Shown here: positions 1-13,488 of the stretch, in pieces | How positions within the stretch are numbered: the first letter of the stretch is position 1 | Layout: each line of letters opens with the position of its first letter | Assembly: GCF_000143415.4 (NCBI RefSeq) | Contig: NW_003314309.1 | Span: forward strand, 489,459-553,458 | Source: Selaginella moellendorffii | Lineage: Eukaryota; Plantae; Lycopodiophyta | Length of the DNA: 64,000 nt | Reading direction: 5' to 3' | Program-made: the position numbers and the translations under genes | Notes under the pieces: generated by a model | The model's input: the letters and a program-made list of their open reading frames with translations, nothing else | The model's database searches: none | Told to the model about the DNA's origin: nothing

Positions 1-179
1 TCCAACTCTTAATTGTTGGAGGATATGATCCTTATATGACATGAGGCATACCATATAGGTCCCATATCACCCTAGAGCCATGTTTGCTCAAGCATGATAT
101 GTATCATTCTTCATTCACATATAATGCAATCACAAATTATATTATGGTATTAGAGATGTTGAAGGACATAGAAAGTCAC

Positions 180-500
180 CATAGTCATGTTGTATGGTGT
201 GGAGATGTAGAGACCTAAACTTAGCACAAAAGAATGGCAAAAGCTTGAAGGGCTGAAACAAAAGTTCATCCTAATAGAATTTGGGGTCTCCTTCAAGACA
301 ACATATGCAATCATGGTCATGGAGTCCAGTTTGTTACCATTAAAGATGCATCATATATGTTCAAAAAAGCAAATTCTCCTATCTAAGTAAGTTGGTAGAT
401 GGCAATCCATGATTCAAAAGCTCTTTGATCAAGAAACTCATAAAGGATGGTGGCATGATATGAGGAAGTGGATAAAAAGATTCAACTTCGACCTAAAGAT
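180..500 (+). mobile_element. Degenerate non-LTR retrotransposon (RTE/RTEX-like) ORF2 fragment
   Basis: Translates (with stops) to LYGVEM*RPKLSTKEWQKLE...KGWWHDMRKWIKRF. This is homologous to LYGSEMWGLELSKKQWGNLE...QGWWHDIETWTHKF at 6540-6770. Confidence 0.6.
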
Positions 501-509
501 GCAAGGGGT

Positions 510-3500
510 TCCAAAAGTATAGTACAGAGAGTGTGGGGGTTGGACTCTAGTGGAGCTAGTTTGGTCAGGAAAGGCTAGTGTGACTCAGGAAAGTTATGCA
601 CACATGTTGGGTGATGATATATCCATTGAGGAGTCCAAGGCTAGAGTGAATACGGACTGATAAATGGGGTAGCTTGGTCAACTGTTCAAGAGCTGGCTCT
701 AATTCCCCCAAGAGATCAAATGGTCGATGCTCTTAATCCAAGCATGGGTGGCACTACCTACTTGGATACTTAGTGTGGCTCAACATAACCTTGCTTTAAC
801 CCCATGGTTAGAGCACCCAAAGGCGGAAGGTGAGGAGAATACCTATGAAGCTTACATAGGGCCACATTGTTCCAAAATGTTGTCCCAAAGTCTCAGACCA
901 TGGAAAGAAAGAAGAGCAATCATTTGGTGTAGTGACCAAGGATACGGTCACATGGTGAGGAAGTCCTAAAGGACAATGGGACTTAGTGGTCAGGCCTATA
1001 GGCCTTAACCAAGTGGAAGTGTTGGTGAACATGGCTATAGATAGAAAAGGATTTGGTGGGGACTGAAAAAGGGATATTGGGGAAGGCTATTCCTCATATT
1101 TGTGGGCATTCTAAGGATGTTAAGGAGTGCATTTGGGATGATCACTCATAAAGGGTATAACACACCTCAGTCCAAATGCTTCTACCAATCCTTTAGGACC
1201 ATTCTTTGACTCCACTCAAGTCATCCAGCTTTTTGGACTTTCTTAATTTAACAACTCATAATGTTTTAACCTCTTGGCTATTTTTGAGGTATCAGTTCAC
1301 TACAATACATCTTTTTGTATTCATGTCCTATTCATAAAGACCATTTTTACAAGTGTTACTTCGATATTTGATTATTTTCCGTTCTTTGTGGGTTACCTTT
1401 GCCCCTTAGAACTATCCATCCATATGATAAGAATATTAACTCATCTTTTAAATACACTCCAAATTCCTTAGGTTTGTTCCATCATGTATAAAAGGTAGCC
1501 CTGACTACCATTTCAAGGACTTGTGTCCTTATCCGTATTTGACCTCCCATGGTCATTAATTCTGGTCTCAAATTTATGAGCCCTAGCCTCAACTATATGA
1601 AAATAATCTTGTGACTCCTTTATTATTTTGGAGTCTTTATATTTTTCATGATCCAACCTAGAGTTGTTTACCATCGCTACATTAGTTAGTTTACTAAGTC
1701 AAACGCTCATTTGGATCACATCTTCAACTCTCTAAGGAAAATTTTATACTGTTCTCAAGATCCCAAAGTCATTACCAAATTAGCCCCTTTCTATCTACCA
1801 TATTGCCAATATGTTCACTTATAAACTAAGGTGGAGAGTCATGCCCCTTCAACATGCTACTCCTCGAGGATAGGCCATTCCTGAGACTTTCCAATGCCAA
1901 AACAAGTGGTGATATACTTGACCACCAATAAGAGTTAGACTAAGGAAAAACTCTAATACCAAATTATAAGGGACTAAATTTTCCATTTTACTTTAGTCAC
2001 TTAACTACACCTCCAACCACTTGGAGGAGTCTCACTCACAAACTCCATAAATCTTATTCCAGACTTAGGGCTCGCTAGCCTTAAGAATGACATCCATACC
2101 ACTTAACATTTGCACTTGGTCCAAGTGCTTTTTGTGTTTGATCCCATGATTAACACCCAAAGGTATTATTGACATATCAGCTCATTATGCTAAGGCCATG
2201 CCTATTCACCTTTATCACTCTAATGGTCCAACACCACTTGCATCACAATCCCATTTCTCAAAGATTGGGCCATCCATGGGATGGGGAGGATCATAAAATT
2301 CAAGTATGGGAACAATATGTATTTTATTGATGGCAAAGGCACCATACTAAAGTCGTAGGAAAGGTGTTCCCAGAAGAAAGTAACTTAGGTTTAGAGTTGT
2401 GGGCAAATACTATGGTGTAGTGCTAACCGATAGTTAGCATGAGAAACAATCTTGGCAAAAACTTAAACACAAGTGGAAAGTGTCATAAAGATAAGCTTGT
2501 GAAGCCAATGGTGTGAAGACACTAAATGTGCCAAAGTGTGATGCCTTAAGGTCAAGTTGACAAGTTCATGAGAACCCCTTGCCAAAGAAATCCCAATAGA
2601 AATGGGAATGTGATAACCTAAATTGAAAGGCATGCAATTAAAGTGTGGTGACCCAAATAATGATGGAGGTGTAGAAGCATCATGAATGAGTTGTAAAACT
2701 TGACAACTACAAGGTAACTAAGCAAAATGTGCAAAATAATTGATTTAATTGATACAAGTTAACTATCCAAGATTTATTATTGGGATAAAGAGGTTAGCTA
2801 TACCCCTCTAGGAAATAAATTGCTTATATAAGTCAATGTTATAAAAGAAAATGCTCATTGTCAAATAAGGTCATCATTAGGATACCAAAACACTCTAAAA
2901 CACTAGAGAGTGGTGTTTAGAATCATGAGGGCATTAGATAAGGCTCAAGAGACTAAATCTTTAGCAAATAATGGATAGAAGGTGCTATCTAACGTTCAAA
3001 ATTGCAGAGATAGGAAAAGTCCATCTATTCAAATTGGACAAAGCCAAAAAGGGATTTTGGTATGGCTAGCAATAGGCATAAAGAAGCTCATATATAATGA
3101 CATTAATCCTTATGTGTAGGATTACACGATGAGTAAGGCATAGTAGAAAGTACAAAACTACCCTCTTAAATGGGAGTAGAATAACTAAAGGGAAGGCGTA
3201 AGGCCAAAAAGTAAGTAGTAAAGGGATAGAATGGAACCATAAAAATCAAAAAATATAACCAAAGGTGGTTATGTAAGTTGGGAGTGGAGAATCAAGTGTG
3301 TGCTCAAACATGTTACTATTAGCAATCGTGATGTTATAGAGAGTTTAAAGTATGGAATTATCCATATTAAACCATATAGCAATTAAAAAACTTGCGAAAG
3401 AAAAGGCCTTACTAAACTAAGGGACAGAGTCCTTTCAAAGTTCCCAAAGACAATTTTAGGTAAATTAGTACCTAAAAAGACAAGTGTAAATGGTTCATAG

Positions 3501-5672
3501 AACGCGTGAAATCAAAGTGGTATAGCAAAAACGTGGTTTTGAAGCTTGCTATGAGCGAGGCTATCAAGGTTGGGGAAATAATCCCTAAGTGTTTAAGGAG
3601 ATGGTTTTAAATGAAAGTCGATGGTTAAAAACTTTCACACTTATGTATGAAACCATATTATACTAATCGAGTGACTTGTTAAGTGAGATTGGCAAATTGG
3701 TAGAACAAAGACCCTAGTTGAAGGTGTTGACTCCAAAAAGGGGTGGCTTATGGGGCTAAGCATGGAGGAGTCTATACATGATCACGATTTATCAAGTAAG
3801 AGGACTTGGCAGTGCGAAGGAATTAGATTCCTAAGCTGTGTTCTATAGTGCGCTTTAAATATAAATTGGTGCACTAGTGTGGGGAGTCACACCAGGCATT
3901 TTAGGTAATACTGTCCATAAATGCATATACAAAGGTTAGGTTCGAGTCCCAACCCTTTAGTGTTTGGGTTCGAATCCTAACTCACTAGAGCATGGTGGTG
4001 GGTTAGAATATGAGGATACTCATTTTTCAATGCTCATAGACTCTTAGTGAAGAAACTGGCTTGGGCACATTACCAAGTGGGGGATGCCCCGGAGTCATGA
4101 TGCATGGTTAAATTGCTTAGTGTGAAAGCTTAACATATTTAACTTGAACACTTTAGTGCAAGTGGCATTAAGGATATGGTGAATGAGATAGGGACACTCA
4201 GTCTCAATTGCTATAGACCCTTGGCCAGAAGGGCTAGCTTAGGCACGCCGCCAAGTGTGGGGGATGCCTCTACGGTCATAATTAACAAGTTAAAGGTCAG
4301 GAAGACTTAGTACCTATTGGCAAAACTATTAATGTATCAAGGTTATATCACTAAATGATCTTGTCAAAGTGACAAAGTGGGAAGGACACCTAAGGGAAAT
4401 GAACTGTGACAATACAATAATATTGTAAGTTCAAGAAAATAGTCTTCAAGGAAAGACCCATGGGTGGGTTGCAAGGTTGAACCATGGATAGAGCTTAGAG
4501 TAGTGAACACCCCCTGGACTTAGTGAAGTAGAGCCTTTACCATAAGACCAAAAGTATATTTTGAGGATGGAAGTAGTGATCCTAAGTTGCTGATACAACA
4601 ATCAAATGATAGGAGCAAAAGACTAGTGGCTAATTTTGGGCTATGGAAATCATTGAAAGAAATCCAAATAACAAAGTTGAGCATAAGACACAAATCCTTA
4701 AGCCCCAAAGTGGCGCCAAAAATGTGTCATATAGTAGTGGTCGAAGTGGAAGTCTAACGAGTATAACATGTTTGGACCAAAAGCTTTGACTTGGAAAGTC
4801 AAGAGTGTGAGTGAAACTATAAATGAAATGCTTGATGAATGAATATGAAGCGATCGATGAATGAGTTTCTAGAAAGGGTCACAAGAAAGACTGACACATG
4901 GCAAATGTTGTGACACATGGAAGTGTTAGGACCGAATCTAAGATGGAGTCCGGGAAAGAGTCTAAGATAGAATCTAAAAAAAGTCCAAGATTAAGAGGAA
5001 CTTTGAGATGGAGTCCAAGAAGAAATCCAAGATAGAGTCTAAGAAGGAGTCTAAAATGGAGCCCAAAGTTGAGTTTGAGATGGAGACTGAGATCGAGTCC
5101 AAGATCGAGGCCGAGGCCGAGACTAAATCCAAAATTGAGTCCAAGTCTAAGTCCGAATCTAAATACTAATACAAGTCAAAGGGTGAAAGCCTAAAGCAAT
5201 CGTCCCCCCAGGGGGGGAGGGGGGGGGGGGATGCAAAAGTATAGTAGGGAGAGTGTGGGGGTTTGACTTCAGTGGAATCAATTTAGCCAGGAGAGGCTAG
5301 TGTGACCAAGGAAAGTTATACTAAAGTGGTGGGTGATGATATAACTACTAAAGAGTCTAAAGTTAGAGTGAATAATGGATAAGTGAAATAACTTAATAAA
5401 GTGTTAAAAAGCTAACTATAACTCTTTTAGAAGATCAAATGGTCAATACTCCTAATCCAAGTGTGGGTTGATGTGGCTTATTGGAACCCCACTCTAGTCA
5501 CTTAGGGGGAGTCCAGTGTTTTGAAATGTCATCCCAAAGCCCTAAACTATGAAAAGGAAAAGGAGCAATCCTCTTATATAGTAATTAAGGGTATGGTCAT
5601 GTGGTGAGAAAGTTTTAGAGGTCAATAGGACTCAGTGGTCTGCCTTTCAGGTTTTAGTGGTGTTGTGGGATA
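510..5672 (+). mobile_element. Old degenerate LTR retrotransposon (probably Ty3/Gypsy); LTRs about 510-1031 and 5232-5672
   Basis: Two diverged direct repeats begin (T)xCAAAAGTATAGTA..GAGAGTGTGGGGGTT. A G-rich polypurine tract at 5210-5231 sits just before the TG of the right copy. The left copy ends in CA followed by TGG (PBS-like). No intact ORF and no clear TSD. Confidence 0.55.
4930..5175 (+). repeat. Degenerate short-unit (about 12 bp, GAGTCYAAGAT-like) tandem repeat
   Basis: Recurring gagtccaaga/gagtctaaga/gagactgaga units just upstream of the polypurine tract. Confidence 0.6.
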
Positions 5673-6339
5673 AAACCCTAGATTGGGGGGACCAAAATCA
5701 AAGACACAATAGCACAAGAAAAAGGCACCACTAGAGACTTGAGAGTAAGTGGGAGTCCATCTACCTCTGAATTGCCAGTAATCTTTAAGTTCTAAATTGC
5801 TTGTTCTTGTTTGGATTTCTAGAAAATTCATAGTGTAGCTCATTGGAACTGCCATATTACATTTCCATGTCATATGAGTTTGGGAGTGGATCTTCATGAA
5901 CATAAGTGCCACATGTCACATCTGCTCATTGGAACATGACATATATCATTCTTCATTCACATACTTTTTGTCATCATTGACATCAAGCCACCATCCCATG
6001 AGAGACATATTGTGTTTTAATATAAACAACTCCCTTCCAAGTAAAAAGCTTTGACTCAAAGCAAGATTATGGAGTAAGATACCCCTCTAGATCATAGTTC
6101 ACTTTGATATTGTAAGGAGAGCAAATTCTGGTCCTCACGCTCATCCAGTGCCACGAGCTCAATCGAATGCATCAATCTTTCCAGTTTGGAGTAGGAGGAT
6201 CGAGCTACAACCCGATCAGTGTGTTCCTCACGAAGATGTCCTCGTCAAACATCCTTTTGCAAGCCCCTGAGTGTAGATCCATTATGCTGAGTGGTAGCAG
6301 TGGAAGCACTGAAAATGGAAGTGGAAGACGAGGAATAAT

Positions 6340-7286
6340 GGTGGGTACGAAGGGAAACAGATCGCTGACGAGTACAAATATTTGGGGCACATAATCCACC
6401 ACACCAAGCCAAGTCGAAGGGGTCCGGGCTAGGAGGCTAGCACGCCTATTATGCAATGCAATCAGACTGTAGAAAAGCATGAGTAACAAGTTGGGAGGCG
6501 AAGGAGATATATTTTCTCACGAAAATAACCACAGTTGCACTCTATGGGTCAGAAATGTGGGGACTTGAACTCTCTAAAAAGCAGTGGGGAAACCTAGAAA
6601 CTATCGCAATGACCTTCATTTCAAACGAACTCAGCATCTCCACCAAAACAGCACTCCCCATACCATATGGCAAACTTGTGGATCAAGCAATTCTTGACTC
6701 TCATCTGCTGGCATGGGAACATGGACAAGGATGGTGGCACGACATAGAGACGTGGACGCACAAGTTTGGCATGGATCTCAACAACATTTTCAATGCACTT
6801 AAAGAGGATCTTGAACAATGGTTGAACAAAGCAATGCACACATGGATACATGCCAAAGAACACTGGACAAAATATCACCTTTATTGCCAGGAGATAAACC
6901 CAGATGAAATGTTCAGACTGAACATCTACAACAAACTTTCAACATGGAGCAGACACACCATCGCCTGGTACTGCACAGGAAACCACAGCCTGATCGAACC
7001 CAGATGCCGCAGACAGGGAAAACCTCCACGACATCTCCAGATCTGCCTGGTCTGCACAGAAGACACAGAGACGGTCAGGCACACACTCAAGGCTTGCCCT
7101 GCCTATGCCAAATTCTGCTCCCCAGACATCAACTGGGATGCCAAAACATACATAATCCTTGCAAACAAGGAGACAACCTCATCCCCTGCCAATTACCTGA
7201 AACGCATAGAGCTGCGATGGCAAATACATGTCACACATGCAATGGAGGCAGAGACCTTGAACGGCCGAGGAAAAAAAGACGGGTAG
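6340..7286 (+). mobile_element. 5'-truncated non-LTR retrotransposon (RTE/RTEX-like): RT thumb and C-terminal Cys/His domain
   Basis: EYKYLG motif at about 6369-6387. ORF 6555-7286 contains TGNHSL..E..R...R...C.VC..DTETVRHTL..CPAY, typical of LINE ORF2 C-termini. Confidence 0.7.
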
Positions 7287-7899
7287 GCAGGGCCAGTGAG
7301 CGGGAGCACAACGACAATGAGGATGCCACCTATGCGAAAATGATAATCCAACTTGCATTTTTGCATCCATCAGTCTCATGCTTCTAGTTGGGCATTATCA
7401 AAACAACATGTAGATAAGAAGATAGATAGATAATTCTTCCATCTGATCCCACCAGGAGTCGTTCATGCCTGGGGCCCTGGCTCCACAAGCATTTAATATA
7501 ACAACACTTGACTGCTCCAATTAGTAATTTGTGCTGCAAGGCAATCACTGCAGAGAATGATGTGCCCAAGGGGCTGCTGCTGCCTGCCATGCAATCAGTT
7601 ATATCAATTTTGGATGAATGTATGATTTGTAAGCAACAGACATGTAAAAATATATGTAAAAAGGTAAATACTGTCTGTATGGGATAGAAGATTCCCTGAA
7701 AATCAACACCAAGCATGAGATGTATCATGTATTCAAGAAGCCATTTAGGAAAGCTACCACTAGCGCGTGAGTGATTGTTGAGAGATGTAGGCATAGTGCT
7801 CCAAGCTGTGTGAAAAGAAAAGATCTCCACTCCACTCAAATGTGGGCGCTGCCTTTTTAGTGCGATTGCTGCTGAACAGACCCAAAAGCAAAGCCAAAG

Positions 7900-9812
7900 A
7901 TGAAAATGGTTCTTCCATTGCTCCTTGCAGCATGTCTAGCAGTAGCAGCATCAGCAGCAGCACCTTCTTCTTCATTCCCAAATCATGGGAAGCAAATCTT
8001 AAGATTTGCCGAAGACAGCTTTTGCTCCACGCTGGTCCTGGTTCATGGCTATCCTTGCCAGGAGTTCAAAGTAAGCGATATGAAAATCTGGTAGAGAAAG
8101 AACTTGCGAGAACAAAAAGAAAGAAAACCTCTCTATTTCTTAGGTGACAACTCCAGATGGCTACATTCTGCGAGTTCATAGAATACCACACGGTGTGGCG
8201 GGAGTTTCCTCGCCATCGCCAAAGCCAGTGTTTCTCCAGCACGGTGTTCTTCAGGTATGTGTGAAAAGTAAAAGTATAAAAAAGAGTGTGTGACTGTGGA
8301 GCAGGGAGGAGACGATTGGGTGTTTTATCCCCCGCGCAATTCTTTAGGGTTTGTTCTCGCGGACGAAGGCTTCGATGTGTGGATCGGGAATCTCCGCGGC
8401 ACGCATTGGAGTCGCCAGCATGTCTCGTACTCCTCCGGCGACAAGGTAATGCCCGGAATCTGTCGATTCCGTGATGGAGATCTGTGTTTCTTGCGATTCA
8501 TGGTATTGTTCTTGCGTTTTCTTTGCAATTCCAGGTGTTGTTCTTGTGTTTTCTTTGCGATTCATGATATTGTTCTTGAGATTTCTTTCGAAGAGTCGGC
8601 TTTTCTTTGCGATTGCTTGTTCCCGATGATTTTGTGCTTGGAGTCAAGAATGAACTTTGTGACTCGATTTTTCTTTGCTCTTTTCTGCTAGGCGTACTGG
8701 GACTGGACTTGGGACGGGCATGCGCAGTACGATCTCCCAGCCATGCTCAACTTGGTTCATGAAAACACTGGCTCGGAGCTTTACTATGTCGGCCATTCTC
8801 AGGTAGAATAGTGCTGTGGTGCTCTCGAGAGATAAGAGCTGGTGGTGATTTCTCAGGGAACGTTGATTGCTCTGGCAGCTTTCTCGGAGTCCAAGCTAAT
8901 GAATGTCGTCAGGGCGGCGGTGTTACTCAGTCCCATTGCCTACCTCAAAGGCATGACTTCCACGCTTTCCAGGCTCGCTGCTCTACTCTACATGGACCAG
9001 GTGAGATTTTTTTTCTCTCGTTTCTTTCGTTTCTTCTTTTTTTCTCGCTCGATCGAGAAATCGCGGTCACAGGTCACTCACTACTCAATGCTGCTGTGAT
9101 TTACAGATCTACGACGACGTAGGCCTGTCACAATTCACTCTTGAAAGGTAAACAAGAATTGATGGTTTCCTTTTCTTTGTTTGTTCTTTAAGTTTTGCTT
9201 GCTTTCAGTGGAATTGGTGCGTACCTTCTCAGGAATTTATGCTCGCTGGACCCCCGATGCGCAGACTTGCTGGTCCTCGTGACGGGTAATTCTTGCAACT
9301 TCATAAAAAGCTTACATGTTTTCGCTTTCTGGACAGGCCGGAATTGCTGCTTCAACGCGAGCCTCACTTCTTACTACCGCCAGTTTGAGCCTCAAGGGTC
9401 GTCCACGAAAAACTTAGTTCACCTCGCTCAAAGTAAGCTCTTTGTTTTTCCGATGCAATCTCGACGCTATTGATTTTTTTTTTTCTTTTTTTCTTTCTTG
9501 GCAGTGGTGAGAACCGGTTTGTTTGCAAAGTTCGACTATGGTAGCAGTCTCGGGAACATGCGCGCCTACTCGCAAGTGGTTCCTCCGACGTACGAGCCAG
9601 CCAACATTCCCAAGAGCTTTCCAGTTTTCCTCGTGTATGGAGGCAAGGACACATTGTCTACGCCACAGGGCGTCCAGGAACTGGCCAAGCGCCTCGTTTG
9701 CACGCAGCAAACACTATTTCTTCCAAACTACGCTCACGCGGATTTTGTTGTAGGAACCCGAGCAAGGCAAGACGTGTTTGACCCGGTGATTAAATTTATC
9801 AAGGCAAACTAA
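7900..9812 (+). CDS. Triacylglycerol lipase (plant LIP1/MPL1-like, acid-lipase family), multi-exon
   Basis: Signal peptide; GYPCQEFK|[15 protein letters not shown]; PVFLQHG; [12 protein letters not shown]; YDLPAM; nucleophile GHSQ|G split by intron 8803-8856; GGKDTLS; YAHADF; TAA at 9810-9812. Confidence 0.93.
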
Positions 9813-10148
9813 GTAAAGGTGTGGCAAATCTCTGATAAAATCAAGCTTTTTGTTTTTTTGTGATGTTCCTTCCAACAATGTAAAGCAGCGTAGACAACAT
9901 TGTGGGAGCGTGTGATTGACAGTATCAAAATTTTTAACTCCTTTCTAGATGGTGCGAAAGAATTTTTCCATGGATCTCCGTTCCTAGCCATTCAAGCACG
10001 AGAAGGCTATGTCTGATTAACGATAATCCCGAATTAATCAAACAAAAGTTAAAGATTCTCGGTGGCCAATGGGGGACCGCCTAGCTTCTTTCTCATAGGC
10101 ATGCGCACCAAAAGCTTCAAAGTCTAATATAACTGTAATTAACCAAAG

Positions 10149-10240
10149 CCGTTGGCTGGACCGTTAGCCTCTTGCCACGCCAGCCGTCGGATGCGACCTC
10201 GGTCATCCTCGAGGCCGTCGGATGTGATCTGGCCGTCCGT
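10149..10240. promoter_or_regulatory. Cluster of CCGTTR/CCGTC (MSA/MYB3R-like) motifs upstream of the SFH gene
   Basis: CCGTTGG at 10149, CCGTTAG at 10161, two GCCGTCGGATG copies, and TCCGTT at about 10236. Confidence 0.3.
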
Positions 10241-10365
10241 TCAAGTGACAGCCGTCAGGCGGGCTACAACCCAGATTAGGTTTTTCGGTGAGAGGGGAGA
10301 GGAATAAAGAAAGCGCCAGTGTTGTCTTGCCGGTCGCTGGGGGAGAGCTGGAAATTTTAGGCGCG

Positions 10366-12930
10366 ATGGAGAGTGTCGCAGACGAGCACGGCGATCGATC
10401 GCTCTCGAGCTTCTTGCATGCTGGTGAGATTTCTTTGCTGTGGCTTCCCTCCTGGTGCTCAAGATGCTGTGGCGATATTTCGTGCAGATCGGCTCGCCGC
10501 AGCTCAGGAGGAGAGTTTGGAGAAGGATTCCGAGGACGAGAGGAAAGGGAAGACCAAAATGGCGGCCTTGAAAGCGATCGCCTCCAAGAAATTTAGATCT
10601 TCTCTCAAGAGAAGGGGGAAGAGGCGGCCGGACGCGAGGAGTCAATCCCTCTCGATTGAGGACATTCGCGACGCGGAAGAGGAGACGTCGGTGGAAGCGT
10701 TTCGAGCAGCGTTGGCAGTGGAGAATCTTCTTCCGGCCGACCACGATGATTACTATACTCTTTTGAGGTAAGCCAAGCATCGCCGGCAAGTGTTGTTAAA
10801 AATCTCTCCCTGTGTAGATTTTTGAAAGCCAGGAAGTTCGATCTGGAGAAGGCCAAGCAAATGTGGGCCGATATGCTGCAATGGCGCAGGGAAAACGGTG
10901 TCGATACGATTGAAGAGGTTGGTGCCATCCATTTAAACGCTTACGGCTGGTTCTCTTTAATGTTTTTTTCTTCTTCTTTGGACTGTCTAGGATTTCCATT
11001 TTAAAGAGCTGGAGGAAGTGAGGAAATACTATCCACAGGGCCACCATGGAGTGGACAAAGAAGGAAGGCCTGTATATATTGAGAGGATCGGGAAGGTCGA
11101 ACCCAACAAGCTGATGCAAGTCACAACGCTTGAAAGATATTTGAAGTATCACGTGCTTGAGTTCGAGAGGACCATTAAGAAAAAGTTTCCTGCCTGCTCA
11201 GCGGCTGCTAAGCGGCACATCGACTCCACAACAACAATTTTGGACGTAGCTGGAGTGGTATGACGCACTTCTGTACGTACTTTTTCAAATCTTACTGCTT
11301 TGTCTGTACGTTTTTCCAGAGCTTAAAAAACTTCAGCAAGCCTGCAAGGGACCTTATTATCAATATTCAAAAGATTGACGGCGATAACTATCCCGAGGTG
11401 AGCCTGCTCGTTGAACTCTATGCCTTTCTTCCTGAGTTTATGCGTTTATTATGCAGACATTGCATCGTATGTTTATTATAAATGCTGGTCCTGGATTTAA
11501 GCTTGTGTGGAACACCATACGGGGATTTTTAGATCCGAAAACAGCTACCAAAATATCTGTAAGCAGGCTGAATGGACACTGCAGTTTCACTTCATCAGGG
11601 CTCTTTTTCAGGTACTCGGAAACAAATTTCGCAGCAAGCTTCTGGAAGTTATTGATGCTAGGTAAGAGCTTTCTTTTATCAGTTTGCTCGCATAACTTAC
11701 GCTCGTGTTAATCTCGACAGTCAGCTTCCTGACTTTTTGGGTGGAACTTGCACTTGCTCTGGGGATGGTGGATGTCTTCGTTCTGATAAAGGCCCCTGGA
11801 AGGATCCTGCCATACTGAAGGTGTGTCAAATGTTGCTGACGAAGATGACGTCTTTTTTGTGAACTGCAGGCTGTAATGGAGGGGCATGTGAAGTTCGTAA
11901 GGCACGTTGTAACTTCTCCTAAACGAAATAATTTGCCTAGGGGAAAGGTTCGTTTTGTTTTATAGTCTGAAGGTTTTGAAGTAACTTTAAATGGTTGTAG
12001 AGTCATGATCTTGATGTTTCAACAGCGGAGTCCGGATCAGATGGAGAATTAACATCCCCCACAAGAACACGCTCTTGCGATGTTCTAAAAGCGGTGTCGG
12101 AAGAGGTAGCGTGCCTATTTTCTTTACTTTTTTCCTTTTTGATTTGTTTTCTCGCAGGTGACTAGCAAGCCTGTAGACAATTCAGATTTGTTGGAGAGTT
12201 TTTCGATACTGGAGGATGGTGATGTAGTTCCGATGGTTGATAAAGTGGTTGACAACGGCTATGTGAAGGAGAGTAACCGGATCACGAAGACAGGTATCTG
12301 CTGATGATGATTTTGTCCTGTTAATAAGCCTTCTTTTGTTTGCCACGCAGAACTATCCTCAAAGAACGAAACAAGGACCTTTCTACATTTTTGGGCTGCA
12401 GTAGCGTACATTTCTTTTTTCTTTCAGTGGGTGTGGAGCTACATCTGGAGAGCGTTCTCGCGCAATAACGAAGAGCTCTATGGTTTCAACAAGACGCAAA
12501 ATCAAGAGCCTAGTATTACGGATGCTAGAGTGGTTTATGCTGTCCCTTCACCAGAGCTTGTGGACAAAATCATCTCGCCAAAACTCAAAAAACGCATGGA
12601 CAAGCTAGAAGAGAAAGTCACCGAGCTGTCGAAAAGTAAACAGCCTCCGGAAGAGATACCTGATGCTGCTGCGGAACGAATTAAGACACTTGAAGCAGAA
12701 GTAGCGGAGGCAAGAAAAGTAAGAATGATATTTCCCAGTGTTTTGACTGGACTTATTATCTCCTATTTTTTGTTTTTCCAGGCGCTCAAGGCTGTCCAGG
12801 AAGAACTCTACAATTGCTTAGAGCAGCTGAATGAATTTAGGTGGCTGGTAAGTAATATCACGGCAGCTGTGAGGCTTGAGATTGGTTTAAGTTTACCTTA
12901 TTTGTGCAGAGACGACCGAGGTGGTGTTGA
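10366..12930 (+). CDS. Sec14-like phosphatidylinositol/phosphatidylcholine transfer protein (SFH, Sec14-nodulin type), multi-exon
   Basis: HDDYYTLLR|[23 protein letters not shown]; [20 protein letters not shown]; STTTILDV; DNYPE|[11 protein letters not shown]; [20 protein letters not shown]; C-terminal coiled coil and basic RRPRWC* tail. Confidence 0.92.
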
Positions 12931-13488
12931 GCTCGTATATATTGAGCGTATATATTCTCTTGTAAGAAAGGCACACTTATGTCCATAAGAAGTAATTTAA
13001 GCTTCCTGTCCACTCTGGTACGTGTATTTTTACAGCTTGTGTCTTTAAATTTCTGCCTTCCTTTTGCACTAGCGACAGAAGCTTAAACATTCAGAAGCAG
13101 TAAAAAGCCCTGAATTAACCCCTCGAAACAGTTACTTAGGCAATGATTGGAACTACAAACCCAGCTTGAGGTACTTCAGGTACGTTCGCTCCTTTGTTTC
13201 TACTTCCAATGAGTTTGCGCTGTGTTTGTAGCTGCGTAGGCGTAATTTTATGATCCTCCACAGCGGTGCAGAAAGCCACAAGCTGACTGCATAACTACCA
13301 GGAACGCATTTAGTTTTCAAGTAGTGTTCAGGCCGTGCGCATTTACTGCCTCAAAGGTACGTCATGTATATTGTACGTCCGAGACTAACAATCCCTTTGG
13401 CAGGAATGCATTCAAACAGTAAAATGTCGCCAGACAATGAGGTCGGTGTCCATTTTCTGCTTTTATGATTTACTGGCTGGCAATGCCT

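Noticed and set aside
4930-5175. CRISPR-like array
   Set aside because: Degenerate tandem units without unique spacers; eukaryotic context and no cas genes.
7384-7839. 151-aa minus-strand ORF upstream of the lipase
   Set aside because: Non-ATG start, no recognisable motif; lies in probable promoter DNA.
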